Shown piece by piece: positions 40,966-55,709 of a stretch of DNA of 64,000 bases. How positions within the stretch are numbered: the stretch's first letter is position 1; each line of letters begins with the position of its first letter. The stretch lies in the NCBI GenBank assembly GCA_951406725.2, contig OX597815.1, positions 197,842,001-197,906,000 on the forward strand, read 5' to 3'. This stretch comes from Octopus vulgaris. Lineage: Eukaryota. The notes beneath the pieces were generated by a model. That model was not told the DNA's origin. It ran no database searches and saw only the letters and a list, made by a program, of their open reading frames with translations. The position numbers were made by a program, and so were the translations under genes.

Positions 40966-41514
40966 GATCTAATACAATAAAAACAGTTAAAACGTCGAGC
41001 GAGAGATGCACATACCACACGTGACGGCACCGCAAGCGACACTGAGAGTTACCAAGAACAAACTGGCGTATTTGGCATTGCACACAATGTGTCAGCGCCA
41101 TCTATTGCTAAACTAAATAATGAACTTTCTCATCGATTGTTTTATTGCTGTTATTTCTTTAACTTTGAATTAAGACTGCTTTCATTTTAACAAATTTTAT
41201 CATACTCCCAATATCTAGCTTAAAATATAGTTATAATACTTATAATACGGCCTATGTCTAGCCGAAACTATAGTTATAATCTTGCGCATGTGCATAACTC
41301 CAAATCTTAAGGTGCTGGTACAATTCTGAGAGTGGATTCGGAATCAGCATCCTCGATTTACTCTAAAACACATGCTTTTATCCCAGTAGCAAAAACTTCT
41401 ATATGTAATACTATTTACTGAACCTCAGCATTTTTATATGCTAGACCACTTGTGTTAAAATTGATGTTATCGAATTAATATCCAATTTTTCACCCTCATT
41501 TTATTTTTAGTTTT

Positions 41515-41832
<318 letters not shown>

Positions 41833-42531
41833 TATAAATGTACAAAAATGCTTAAGGGGAAATAACGGTCGTTGTAGTTTTGTATGTTTGAATAAAGCTA
41901 TAGCGAAACTATTTTGCAATGGAAAAATGTTCCGAATAAAATTGAAAATCCCTCTATATTTTGGAATGTACTGATGCACCTTTAAATCAGCAACAGACAC
42001 TCTAACATATCTGATATGCATTTCCGCTTCGACTGTATTTTGGTAGGACAATAAACCTATATCTTTGCATGGCTAGCTATAACAATATTTTGACGAAACT
42101 CAAACCTCTCTGATACAGCTGAATGTGAATAAGAGAGAAAGATTGACACCAGCAATGGAGTGTACTCAATTTATCAACACAGATGTTATGAAAAGTAAAA
42201 TTTTACCCCGCTGGTTTTTGAAATCAGAGAGTTGGGAACTTGTGACTACCAAAAGAAATTTTATCGGATGTCCGAAAAATTCTTCTAGGTCATCATATTA
42301 TGGGGCCTTATTATATTTCAGAGAGAAATGGCACGCAATTTATTTTTGACGAATTTAAATGTAGGTAGATTTTTATTAGAACTGTGTAACTGAAAATCAA
42401 GATTAAGTTTCTAAATATTTACTATGTTTTGTCTCTGTATCGATCTCAGTACAAATGTTAATCTTAACAATAATACATTAAGTTATTTAACTACGATGAT
42501 ATTTAACTATGATAACATTCATAAATGATGT

Positions 42532-42910
42532 GGAGGCGCAATGGTTAGGGCAGTGGACTCGCGGTCGTAGGATCGCGGTTTCGATTCCCAGACCGGGCGT
42601 TTGTGAGTGTTTATTGAGCGAAAACACCTAAAGCTCCACGTGGCTCCGGCAGGGATGGTGGTGATCCCTGCTGTACTCTTTCACCACAACTTTCTCTCAC
42701 TCTCACTCTTACTTCCTGTTTCTGTTGTACCTGTATTTCAAAGGGCCGGCCTTGTCACTCTCTGTGTCACGCTGAATATCCCCGAGAACTACGTTAAGAG
42801 TACACGTGTCTGTGAAGTGCTCAGCCACTTACACGTTAATTTCACGAGCAGGCTGTTCCGTTGATCGGATCAACCGGAACCCTCGTCGTCGTAACCGACG
42901 GAGTGCTTCC
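42532..42910 (+). mobile_element. SINE family C, full length, with 13-bp target-site duplication
   Basis: GGAGGCGCAATGGTTAGGGCAGTGGACTCGCGGTCG..GGTTTCGATTCCC; CATTCATAAATGA at 42516-28 and 42914-26. Confidence 0.92.
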
Positions 42911-43846
42911 CTCCATTCATAAATGAATATTATCAGCTAATAGGGAGAACTTCACTTTAAAAGTTTCCTACTCAGACAATGAACAGTGGTGGAAAAGTAG
43001 AGGATTGTTAGTGGGAAATATAAGAGATAGTTTTCAGTGAAATATATATGATTTGATTAAGAACAATATAGATACATATTATTGTTATTGAAACTCCATG
43101 TTTATTGAGAAAATGTCGTTTTTATATATATATATGCCAAATAATAATACATCTTTTCAGATTGTTATGAATATTGCATGTTTAGTTACTTCAACTCTTG
43201 TACGAAAGAAGTAGAAATATTTTTTTCATACTAATGGCAAGAAGTGACTATTTAGATACAATTGTAATATGAATGCTATTAAGACAAATACATGCAATCA
43301 GATATCTACTCGGGGTCCAAGTTTTATATTAGGAATAAGTATACATTACTAAATTATTGATAGACAAACTATTTATTTTCTTCGTAACGAATTATTTGGA
43401 ATTACGCATTATGATCACAGGTTATGTTACATGAAGTATTATTTGATAATAGAGGAAAATAGAATGCAAACAGTTAAAATGTGCTGTCTATAAATAGGGG
43501 ATTGTTAATATACGTGCTTTTCATGGAAGAAATATGAAGGTAAGGTAATTATATGTCTGGTATTATGATATACCTAAAGGTACTGGTATGTATTCCATAA
43601 ATAAGATTAATTTTATATATCATGTTTGTAATTTACTATCTGTCTAGCAACAAACTGCAACTGTCCAGTTATCTATATGTTTATCCAACTAACCATATAT
43701 AAATCTAATCTTATTTTTCTCCATCATTTCTCGCATTCGTTCCTCTCTGCGTACGTACGTACATACATATATATACACAACACACCATATGTATGTATGT
43801 ATATATATATATATATATATTTGTATCTTTGTATGTACATATATAC

Positions 43847-43906
<60 letters not shown>

Positions 43907-44018
43907 TATGTCTCTGTTAGTCTCTCTCTCTCTGTCTATCTCTCTCCCCCTCTCTCGCTATATATATATATATATATATATATGTTTATATACATACATA
44001 CATACATACATACATACA

Positions 44019-44051
<33 letters not shown>

Positions 44052-44476
44052 GTTCCATAACTGGAGAGGTTAGAAAAGAAAGATCTCAATCGAGTGAGAT
44101 GTAAATATTTTATCAACACAGGATTTAAGCAAGTGCTACTATAGTTTCACGATTTGGTACTACAATAGCCGAAAGCGGTTGTATAACGTGCTGTATATAA
44201 TTCTGTAATATTTCAGGATGAAAATAAAAGACGGGTGCTCTAAAAGAAGCTAGAAAGAACGAGAATGGGCGAGAGAAATGAGAGAATGAAAAGAGAGAAA
44301 GAGAAAAGGAGGTAATAAAGTTAAGAATTGTGATGGTTTCCTCTGTTGAATAAGAATACAAAATGGATGACTTATTGAACGGGAAATTTGAAAAGAATAT
44401 TACTGAATACCTCATCCGAAGACGATAGTCTTCACACACATACACACTCACGGACACACACACACGCGCGCGCGCT

Positions 44477-44507
<31 letters not shown>

Positions 44508-44552
44508 ACATGCACACGCACACACACACACACACACATACAGAATGATGTA

Positions 44553-44600
44553 GACCCATCTGATGAGATCCTAATAAGATTCGAAAATCTATTAAGGTTC
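44553..44600 (+). ncRNA. Candidate minimal hammerhead motif
   Basis: GACCCAT-CTGATGA-GATC-CTAATAA-GATTC-GAAA-ATC-TA..GGTTC; core intact, stems I and III weak. Confidence 0.45.
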
Positions 44601-44870
44601 AAAATATTTTCAGTCTGCGGAGAAGTTGCTAAAATTTTTCTTGTTTATATTAATAGTATTTTACATTTTCATTAAATTATACTTTGATTCCGTGTGGACT
44701 AAGATCCCCGTCGACAGGCCGCTGGTATTTATAGAGTGCGAAACAATTTCTGTATGTAAATTAGAGACATCTTCATAGAATAACTGCTGCATTTGTTGAG
44801 TAAAAAAGCAGTTTGGGTACTTGTTACTCTAGAGACTATTCATATTTATACCATATGTTGCATATATATT

Positions 44871-44904
<34 letters not shown>

Positions 44905-45372
44905 TTTTTAGAAGCACATATACGCATATATACATATCTTTTTCTCCCTCCATCCATTTCTCCCTGCATATCTCTGAGTGTATGCGTGGGATTTTGATAT
45001 AGTCAAGGTAAATCGTTTGCAAAGAATGCATGAAAGCAAAATATAAGCAAGAAACCGTAGAAGTGAAGGAGAAGAATTAAAGTAGTCAAAGTTTAAAAAT
45101 GCAAGGGAAAGAAATGAAAAATTGTTAAGAAAGTTTACGTATAGTTTTATGATTGACCTTAACATAGATAGAATTTATCACAAAGTTATCGATATGAAAA
45201 ATCAGTTTTTGCAATGGTATATATAGATTCAGTAATCGAAATAGCAATACTAGCAGTACGCATGTCTTATATCTTTATATCTCGTAAGTGGATGTAAGGA
45301 AAAATACATTGCTAATGCTATCGGCATCTTTACTTATACCTTGGAGGAATTAGGGTCGGTATTATATATGAA

Positions 45373-45511
45373 GGCGGCGAGCTGGCAGAAACGTTAGCAC
45401 GCCGGGCGAAATGCTTAGCGGTATTTCGTCTGCGTTACGTTGTGAGTTCGAATTCCGCCGAGGTCGACTTTGCCTTTCATCCTTTCGGGGTCGATAAATT
45501 AAGTACCAGTT
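45373..45511 (+). mobile_element. SINE family B, 3'-truncated
   Basis: Matches 25933-26072. Confidence 0.9.
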
Positions 45512-46202
45512 ATATATACATGTGTGTTACATGTATGTGTGTGTACCTCTGTGTGTGTGTGTAATGTTCTCTTTCAGAACTTGATATGATGTTGAAATTA
45601 GTAAAAATACTTCCTGGTATTTGGACATAAATATTCAATAATACCTGGTGTATAAGCTGACCCCTTTTAAGAATAACTGAAAATGACAGATGTTTTAAAT
45701 GCATGTGGAACAATAAATTGCATATGCCTAATATATAAATAACTTGTCCTATTTATATTTCTTATATTGTAAAATGAGCTAACAAAGCAAACCCACATAA
45801 TGCTATGCAAATGTTCCTTTTATTTTGAATATATGATTATATTACATCCAAAATTGACTTCAATGAATCTAAAAGCTTTCTTGTAATTTGTCTTACAATA
45901 AATACATACCACCATATAAAAGAAGATTTTTTTCTCCAGATCATATAATGATGTGGCTGATCAACCAGTGCACTTATTCTATTTAACATCGTTGTAACAT
46001 TTATGTAAATATTGTATGTTGATTTTAACTCATTATTACACGCAATATAATGACGTAAGCCATTAGTACAGACTTTACATAATTTCGCTGTTTTTGTTAT
46101 TGGTATTCAAATCGCAATTAGTTTTGCTTTATTCGCCATAATCCTGATAACTGATTCTGGTATGAGAAATAGTCGTCTCTGTTTAGACAAATATTAATCA
46201 AA

Positions 46203-46817
46203 CTACTCGGACCCGTGAATATTTCACAGAATTAATGGTAAACCTATTGTGTTATTTATAAAAAGTTTATCCAATTATCTTGAAAGCTTAGCCTGTGTTG
46301 TGTCTATATGGAACAATAGTCTAATTGAGATGTGAAAGAAATTGGAATACGGTGATTACTTAATGCACTTTCTATATACATTTTATATACTTTATGCACA
46401 ATTTCATAGACGTAATACACAGCATTCATAAAATAAATATTCACTCTTATTCTTCCCGTTTTCTCATAAACAAAAACTAAAATTATCCCGTACATATGAT
46501 ACAGCCTTTATTTAAATCACATATATCTGCCACCTAAATAGCGTGAATATTTCGCGGAATTTAACACCTGCGCATGCGTTAAATGATAAGTCATATAATA
46601 AATAAACTTTTCACTATCTAATCATCACCACCACAAACTTTACCACATATACCACCACCACCACCACCACCACCACCACCACCACCACCACCACCAACAC
46701 CTCTCTCGCTGCTCTCTCGCTGCTCTCTCCCTCTCTCTCCCCTCTTTTTCAGCGTTCCATTTACCTCACCATCAGAACATTACCCCTTTGAAGTACGGCC
46801 GTACTTAGTGATGTAAA
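46203..46817 (-). mobile_element. Helitron-like non-autonomous element, 3' part, with (ACC)n and (CT)n
   Basis: Reverse complement ends with hairpin GTGAAATATTCAC followed by ..GAGTAG|T; motif echoed at about 46542. Confidence 0.5.
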
Positions 46818-48316
46818 TATAATGTACTCCACTTTTAAAAGAAAAATGCATTTGATAGTTGAATCGCCGAGTTCCTGTACATAAGAAACATTGGGAATGG
46901 ACAAATCAGAGGTCTTTCTTCATTGAACTGCACGATCTGTTTCTCTTACGAAGAAGCGTCAAGCAAAAGAAGCAATTTTTTCCCTCAGTAACTACAAAAA
47001 TATCATAGTTTATATGCAAATAGCTTTCGTAAAATTTTATTCGCATTAATAGTGTTCTAACAATATCAAAATCGTAATTTTCTAACAATATTAAACACAT
47101 TATTTTCTAACAATATTACAACCTAGTATCTCAAAGAGCTTCAAATTTTAATGAAGTAGAAACCACAGACTTTAGAAGATATATCACCAACAAATTACAT
47201 TCTATGAATCATCCGCTTTAGAAGTTCTAAAGATACAATGTTTTTTTTATGGTGATTGACAAATATTGTCTAACAATAAACATGATAAATACATCTTCCA
47301 TCCGGTGTAGGGGGAATGACTAATGTGTTTAAAATGATGTGGCTACATAAAAAAAGCTTCTATCATTGCATATGGTGGGACGATTGTCAAACAGAGTTTG
47401 CTTCTCGAAGACTTTTGAATATAATAATATCGATATTAGTCGATATGATGTACAACTATGCATTAGTATTTAGCCGTCTAATCTTAGCGTGCTGCTTTTA
47501 ACCTTCAGAACACAATTTACGGATAATTACATCAATAAAATAACTAGCCAATTAGATTTTCATTTCGCTTCTATTATTTACTTTTGCTGTTATTTTACAT
47601 TCTTCTCGTTCGATTTTCAAAAATTTTTGCTGTTTGTATTCTTCTACATTTTTCTCATTTCTTTCCTAATCATCTTAATCAACTTCTTCTTAACCGTTTA
47701 TCAAAGATATTTCACACTGAATATTCACATGAAATTCTCTGATTTTATTGATTAAAAACATAACTTCGTTTTCCATGCGTAACTACGCATGTTTACTGCT
47801 GAAGATATTTATTCAAGTGGTTAGGAGGGAGCGTTTCCAAGAAATGTGCTGAAATAGCTTATTGCTTTTCTATTGACACATCACAAAAGCATAGAACCAT
47901 TATTTTCTTTCTGTTAGTAATTGAATTATTGTTAAAATTTCCGTAAAACTAATAGTTGCAACTGCTGATTCCAGAGCAACTATTGCTGCAATTCGGTTTA
48001 TTCAAGATCTTGAAGTCTGAACCAAATGAATTCTTGTTGACGTGGCACTATGATTGTTTGATATTTCAACCTTCGCCATTTCTAAAATGTTACTGAAAGC
48101 CTAGGAATTACAATCTATGGAATTATCTGGGAAGGTTTTAAACGTTTCTGAGCATGTGTGTTTTTGAAGTATATGTATGTGTGAGTTTCTGTGTTTGTTG
48201 ATAGTTTCAGTGAATTTTTTCAGCTTATTTTGCAACAGTAAAAAAAGCATTAATAATATCTAGCTTGTTTTCATGTATTTTTTTAAAAACATTTATCATT
48301 TGTTATAAATATAGTT

Positions 48317-48930
48317 CATATCCGTTTAATTTCGGTAGAAATTATACCTATCAGATGTAGATCCATCAGAATTTTCCCAGTTATTTTAGTGTCGGTAGTG
48401 AGTAAATTACTAATAATATTATCCAGTGGTTGTCTAGTTTGGTTCCTCTGTAGTACACTTTATTTTAGTAAGGATTTCTCATTTTATTTATAGATATATA
48501 ATTTTTACACACATAGTTTTGGTGAGAAATATTTTACAAGTTTTTTCATTGTCTTCCGGAGGTTTGTATCATCTCTTGGACATTTGTAGAAAGGAACGAT
48601 GTATCTGTCATTTCCCCATATTTCTAGGTGCTTGCTCAGCGGAATCTTACGTAATTTTTTTGTGTTATGTATCATCTGAGGATTCTTAGATGTTGGAAAA
48701 GGTAATCGTTGGCTTCGGAAAAATAATTGGGGCAGGTTATGCAGTATATTTGATTCTGTGTTTTGCAATCCATATTTGCATTTATACGGAAAGAGAATCT
48801 ACTTTTAAATTTTATAGGGAAAGCAGTGTCCAGATATTGAGTTGTTAACACTACATATTCCACATCTATTTTCTCAACACTCCTACAAGAATTATGAACT
48901 ATCGTTAGGCAACAAATATAATTTATCATA
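48317..48930 (-). pseudogene. Penelope-like element 3' fragment (GIY-YIG region) with downstream degenerate hammerhead
   Basis: FRINANMDCKTQNQIYCITC..RKIPLSKHLEIWG..VPFYK..YFSPKL; reverse complement CAT-CTGATA-GGTA-TAATTTC-TACC-GAAA at 48330-48357. Confidence 0.75.
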
Positions 48931-49961
48931 ATTTATGTAAATATAACTTACTTTGCAGCGCATTCACCTGTGTATCTTATGATGTATTCTTCAGGTTCAG
49001 TTGACAAAAAGGCCAATCTACAAAAACCTATACTCTTGCTCAGCTTATTCCATTCTGTTCAAGCAGAGCAAGTACAGAGACGAAGACGGAAAGTGTCCCT
49101 ATAGAAGTCACAGATGTGTGTCGAAAAATTCCCGGGCAATGGACATGAGTTAGAATAAAAGCAGTAAACATTGGACGGTTTAAGTTGCTTTGCTGGTATT
49201 TTTCCACCAAATAATTGAACTACCTAGAAGGTTTATGAGTAACACGGCAATCTATGTACGATTAGCGTAGAAATGGAAGATGAAATTGAAGGCTGGTTAA
49301 TGTGGAGGTAGTTGTACTTTAATGATCATAGAACATATAAGTTTGCAAGCGATGCAAAGTAGAGCTACTGAAGTGTTTTGGATATAGATTACGGATAATG
49401 ACTACAAAACATAGTTGTTTTGAATGAAAGCGAAGTTTCTTGTCAGAAATAGCTACATAAATGGTGTAAAGAAATTGAAGAAAGTCGTTGAAACTTGCCC
49501 TTTGCGACTTTATTTTATTCAACTGCAAAGAGAGCTATGAGCTATGGTTTTGGAGAGATAACCTAACAAAAGCCCCTTTATCTTGTCTTCCCACATAGCC
49601 TGCGCATATACTAACTGCGAATGTCGCATAAAGTTAAACTATTATGGAGCTTTCTGAAAGATACTTATAGCTTTCGGTAGTGGATGCAAAAATCAAACGT
49701 CGATTCTTTGGGACAAATCATATGCGATTGTTTAAAAAATGGCTAGAATGACAATACTAAAACGTAAATGAAACAATGGACCAACAGTCGTAATACGCAT
49801 CTTTAAAATGAAACAACAGTATCAAAGATAAACAAAGGTATCAACAAATAGAAGGGAAGGAGGCATCACATTTCAAGTAATTCAGAATAGGTAAATGTAA
49901 ACCTGCCAAATTTTAATGCAGTTTAAGTATGTAGAGTGTGTCTGATATTGCATAGTCATCG

Positions 49962-50290
49962 TGTAAAGTGTTCCTAGTCAATTGAATCACCGTCGTAGGT
50001 GGACAGCGGAAACAAAAGTAGACAAAATCCTTTCACTTCCGTAAATATATTTTAAAAAGTATGGAAAACCCTACATACAAAATAAACTATGTCCATTTAC
50101 GTTCATTTACACGGGAGCTCTGGGCAAAATGTTATAGTGTATGACCATCCTTGCGACATATATAATGGGTGCGTAAAGTTTGGTGAAAATCGTTTGAGAA
50201 TTGTGAAAATGTATGACTTAGTCATTATACAAACCCATACCGTGATTTATATATATATACAAACCCATACCGTGATTTATATATACTAGA
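49962..50290 (-). mobile_element. Helitron-like non-autonomous element, 5' part
   Basis: Reverse complement begins A|TCTAGTATATATAAA; AAAGTTTGGTGAAAATCG motif recalled from such elements; tandem duplication of about 30 bp at about 50227-50285. Confidence 0.55.
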
Positions 50291-52194
50291 TATATAATTA
50301 TGTATGCTGTTTTTCCTGTCCGTCTTTGTATCATCTATCTGCCCGGATGTTTTATTGTCGACTGTTGCGTTCTTGTTCCATTTTGGGGATTTATATACAC
50401 ATATATCAGCGTAGGTACTTTTTTGTTCACCTTGTAAGTATGTATCTAAATTCTGTACGACTATTTTGCTCTTTCTTTTTATCCCTCTCATACTTTCTTC
50501 TTTCTTACCCCTTTTCGTGTTCTCATATGTAATCTATAATCTTTACAGCAGCAGGATTTACATAACTTTAGCAATTGGGCATCCGCCAGCAAGGTTTATG
50601 CCATATATGTGCGTTAGCATTGTTAAAATGTACACCAACCGGATACTACTGACATGGGCTTATGCTATACACTGTGGTCTAATCACCGTGGTTCCGATTT
50701 CTTGAAATGATGAAGAGTCACTGATCGTATACTCGAAACCAACTTTAGGAACATACACATTTAGTTCTCTTTAATAAATTCATAAATCATCTTTATTTTC
50801 GCAGGTGGTCTCTACGACAGTGGTTGTCATGTTTTAAATCACTATTTTCATATTGACTAATCATTTCAACTTACGCGTTTTGAAAATGTTTCAGTAATGG
50901 TTTACAATATAAATTATTAAAAATATGCCAAACTCATAAAAAGATTTTAACGAAACAGTACAACATTCTTATCTATTTTCCAAGTTGACTGAAATCGTTT
51001 GAAACATTTTGATATGTCCAGTTACATACGTGATGATATCTACACTTCCGAACATATATAATCTAACAGTTATCAAAAAATACATGAAACACAATTTGCT
51101 TCTACACACTGAAAAATTAAAATCAAAATTAAGCCACGGAATGCGGACAAATTTATGAGAAGCGAATGTTACTGAATATATTGGGAGACTCGCATAATAT
51201 AGGATGTGTGTATTCAAATTGAAAATATTAGGAGAGTTCTCAAATAGTATCAATTAATATTCCTAATTTGCTTTGTAGATAAATAAATGATGAGTATATT
51301 TGTTAGTTTCAGATGTACACACAAAGCGCACAAAATTTGATGACCAACAAAGGAGTGAAATTAAGGAAAATCTATAATTGCTGTTTCAGCCAGTATTGTA
51401 ACATAACTTCTCTTTTCTAGTCCTTCCTATCATAATCTCCTACTTTAATATAAATGAGTTTATTTACAAAGACAATAGAGCAACAAATTATAAACACAAC
51501 AGGAGAAATGCATAAACTGGTCTTAAACGGGTCGAGTTTGAGACTATAGAATATGAATTTTGTTAATAACCGATTATTCGTCTCGAAGAATATAGTTAGT
51601 CTGAAGTACGGTACTCATATAATACTCGCTTGCATTTCAGGCACATACTTAGGAATCAGGATTGAATGATTTTAAATAATATTTAAAATGTTCAGGTGCA
51701 TAAAAAATTGACTGTATTTATTTGGGTGACAGATTTAATCTCACTCCTATCGTAGCCTTAGGGATGATACTTCCTTTTCAGGAGTTCTGTCACTTTCAAA
51801 AGCTCAAAAAAGTTCTAATAACCCACATATATTACACCCCGCTTTACATAGCAGCAATTCATGTTATTTTCCTCGTTGTAACCTTGGAAATCCAACAAAA
51901 ATCGCTATGAGCTCATCTTACTAAAGCATAGCATTTTTAAATGATGAAAACTGCAGCTTCTTATTTACCAGCCATACACTTTACATAGATACAATACTAT
52001 CCTCTTCCTAAACACCTGAAGATAATCTGCTATTAAAAGTTTTGTTGCTCAGAATAGCTTTTCTTATTTCTTATATCAGAAATGATTAGTTTATTTTCGT
52101 TGCGAAATATTGTATTTGAGATTATATGATAGATAATTATTAAATCTGTGTTTGTTAATCTGTTTCAGATGAAAAAAGTCTCAGAATCTAACCA

Positions 52195-52323
<129 letters not shown>

Positions 52324-53207
52324 CTCATACACACAATTCATATATTGCACTCTAAAAATATTTCATTTTCTCATATCGAATATCAAAAAAAAAAAATATT
52401 CCTGGAAATTACTATTGACTCAGAAAATTTTAAAATTATATAGTTTTATAATGCGATATTTCTAAGAAATTTAGAAAATACTATTTGCCATTTAATTGAG
52501 TCCGTTATACATTACTTCTGATATTTAGCAGTGGCCATTTCGCTTGGAAGTTTAGTAGGTGCTTACCATTCTCTGTTATAAGCTATTCACCCAAGTTTTC
52601 GAATTCCTTTGATATTATTGACAAAATACCTAAATATATGTTTTGTCGTCTCCGACATTATTTCTTTAGTCAGTCAAAGCTATATGGTTTCTTACTTCAT
52701 TGATGTAAGCATTTGCGTAATTTTCTTTTTTCTTAAAAAAAACTACGAGAGTTTCTTAAGTAGGTTGTTCATATTTCTTCTATATAATTGCTTTTTTTTT
52801 TTTCAAATTTCCTATTATGCAGTGTCTAGGAATGGGATTTCTTTCATGTACACTAGCCCATTAATATTTTCCTTCATCTTTTGGATAATCATAATAATTT
52901 ATTTTCATGTCGAAGTCAGCAGTAGAAACTTACATTTACTACTCTTTATTAATACTTTCAATATATTTTTTTGCATTTCAGTTGTTATATATTGACTATT
53001 AACCATCCATTCATGCTTTATGTATTCGACAAACATTCTTTTACGAACACACTGACATTCATATAACGCCAGACAGGCTTATATATGTAGTCAAAATATG
53101 TACATACATAAATACACACACATATATGTATATTTCTATGTATATATATATATATACATTCATATGCACATATATATAAATTCATATATATTAGTTTACT
53201 CTCATAC

Positions 53208-53259
<52 letters not shown>

Positions 53260-53286
53260 TGATATATATAGAGTTTATACTCATAC

Positions 53287-53323
<37 letters not shown>

Positions 53324-54299
53324 CATACATACATATTTCTACATATACATATTTATATATGCATATAAATATTTATATGCGTATAAATATATGCGCATGT
53401 GTATATGTGTAAATATGTAAGTATATATTCCAACATACACATTTACATGCGTACATATATATATCAACACATATCGTGCTATTCTGATCTTATGAAATGA
53501 AATGATTTTTTATGAAAACATTAAATATAAATTCTGGTGTAATGCATTTTGGAGCCACGCATGTATTGTATTTTGCATTTTATTTTTAAGCCAATTTTGA
53601 TCGAGTTATTTTTTTCTTTTCTCATAATAAAATGCTTTAGGTTCTTTTATGTCGAAGAATCTCAAACTTATTTCGAATAAAATTCAAAAATAAAAGTCGA
53701 ACTCTGTCAGAAATATATAACATATTGTATATTGAGCATTAAAATTTATGACATAAATGTTCCTGGAATTTCTAAATAAATTGTCATAATTTCTTATGCA
53801 TTTTTCAGTGAATCGAAGAAATTAGAAGGAAATTTATAACGAAACATTTCTGCAATTTTCCTAAGTATTGTAAATATACATTGGTACGCTTGTGAAGTGC
53901 AGGTAATATTTTAATCGATAGTGTTTTGTACTGTAATTTGATTTGCACTCATGCCATTGTTTTCGTAAACATATGCAAATTAGGCTAGAAGTAAACAAAT
54001 ATTAAGGAAGTAATTAAACTAAAGAAATATTTTCCGCAATGGAAATTCACTTATTCTATTCTCAAAAAAGCACAGGTATATATAGATATATGTTATAGAA
54101 GAAAACATAGGTATGCTAACGGAAAAAACACATATAACAAAACCCATACGTATGTAAATACACGCTAAGTCTCTCTGAGGAATATTGTGTGATTTCTCGT
54201 GTCTGTACAGTGCTCAGCCAGCTAGACGTCAATTTCACGATCAGGTTATTTGCTTAATACAATAAATTGGAACAGTCGTTGCCAAATCAACCAAACATC

Positions 54300-54564
54300 C
54301 TGTTCAGGAAATTAATATGGAAGTGGCGGAGCACTCCACAGACACGCGTAATCACAACATATTTCTCAGGAAAATTGGGTTTCACAGAGAATGTGACAAA
54401 GCTGGCCCTTTTTATTACGAGTACAACTTATTTGTGCCAGCTGAAAGGACTGGACCAACGTGAAATAAAGCGTCATGCCGAAAGACAAAAAGCGCTGCTG
54501 GCAATCGAGCTCACGCCCTTACGATCCTAAGACTAATACCTCAACCACTAAGCCACACACCTTC
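54300..54564 (-). mobile_element. SINE family C-related, degenerate
   Basis: CAGCTGA..GGACTGGACCAACGTGAAATAAAG shared with 26667-26700; head reverse complement GAAGGTGTGTGGCTTAGTGGTTGAGG. Confidence 0.75.
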
Positions 54565-55656
54565 ACACACACGCATACACACATACACATACATAGGCAT
54601 ACACGCACACATATCGATTCCTATACACATACACATGTATAACAGTAGGAACGTAAAACCCCTTCCCAATGTATATGTGATCTTGGCTAAAGCCCAAGAT
54701 GTTTGTAAAACATGGACCATGCATGAATCTAGGTAGCTATCGTCTATGTTACGTTTACATTCATAAAAACATCCTTGCACTGTATACACATTGTAGTGAG
54801 AGGGATGACGATGTGTATGTTTCTAAAGCGTCCTCGGTTATTTTGTTTGCACGTGTGTTGTGTTCTTGATCCGCATGAAAGTAATCGCAGAACATGATTA
54901 TGCATGGTAAAGCGCTTTTTTGTCTTTTGTATTAAAAATTAAAATCTACAATCGGATTACTCTTTCTGAGAACTAAAATATATGCCAAGGGTATTGAATG
55001 GCATTGTACAATATTTTCGTCGACCTTTTAATAGAGTTCGAAATGGGCAAAAATATTAGTCTTTTCAAACTATTTCTGTCCATTTAATGTAATAACTACA
55101 TTTGCAGTGTTGGGATTTGTATTTTAAGTGTAGCTCCTTTGATCATTTCAATGTCTTCAACGATCTCAAACGAAACTGTTCTTGTTCACACAAACTTGAG
55201 ATCTTTCTTGGCTGTGCTATTGAAATATAATTTCGATAATATAATCGTTTTGCAATATCTATTGTTTGTTGGGGAATTTCCTCTGAATGATTTGGAGAAA
55301 TGTTTATGCATTTCTTTGGCTGTATATCCTTGCTCTCGGAATGCTTACTCCTTTCCAACTTTCATATTTGCTATATCTGATAAAGGTGCGGTTGCACATA
55401 GCATCTTGCACTGCATAGCAAATACAGAGATCAGTACCTGATGCACAACTATTGTAGAAAACAAAAAGCTGTTAAGTACTACACGCTAGCCCTTCTATGC
55501 ATTGCAAGTTTCACAACTATTGCACAATTGATATGTTTGCCTAAGTCCTATCCACATTAACAAACGTGTTTCCTACCTCGTTCTAGAAGTACCCAGCTAC
55601 ATCTGAAACAATATGAACATTAGATATATAGAACATTTCATTACACACACACACAC

Positions 55657-55709
<53 letters not shown>

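Larger units (their letters stand above)
38644..41420 (-). mobile_element. Chapaev3-like (CMC) DNA transposon with degenerate terminal inverted repeats
   Basis: Left TGCTAC..TAAATTGTGTACGCTGATTCTGAATCTACT versus right (reverse complement) TGCTAC..TAAATCGAGGATGCTGATTCCGAATCCACT; exact termini uncertain. Confidence 0.6.

Noticed and set aside
42532-42600. tRNA-like sequences with A/B boxes
   Set aside because: They are heads of multi-copy SINEs with bodies and target-site duplications, not complete cloverleaf tRNA genes
47300-48120. Strand-biased sequence that might be a decayed ORF on the minus strand
   Set aside because: Many stops and no recognisable family motifs; BLASTX would be needed
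55090-55441. Overlapping ORFs on both strands that could be a host exon
   Set aside because: No recognisable motif, in-frame stops in the longest minus-strand frame, and no convincing splice pair
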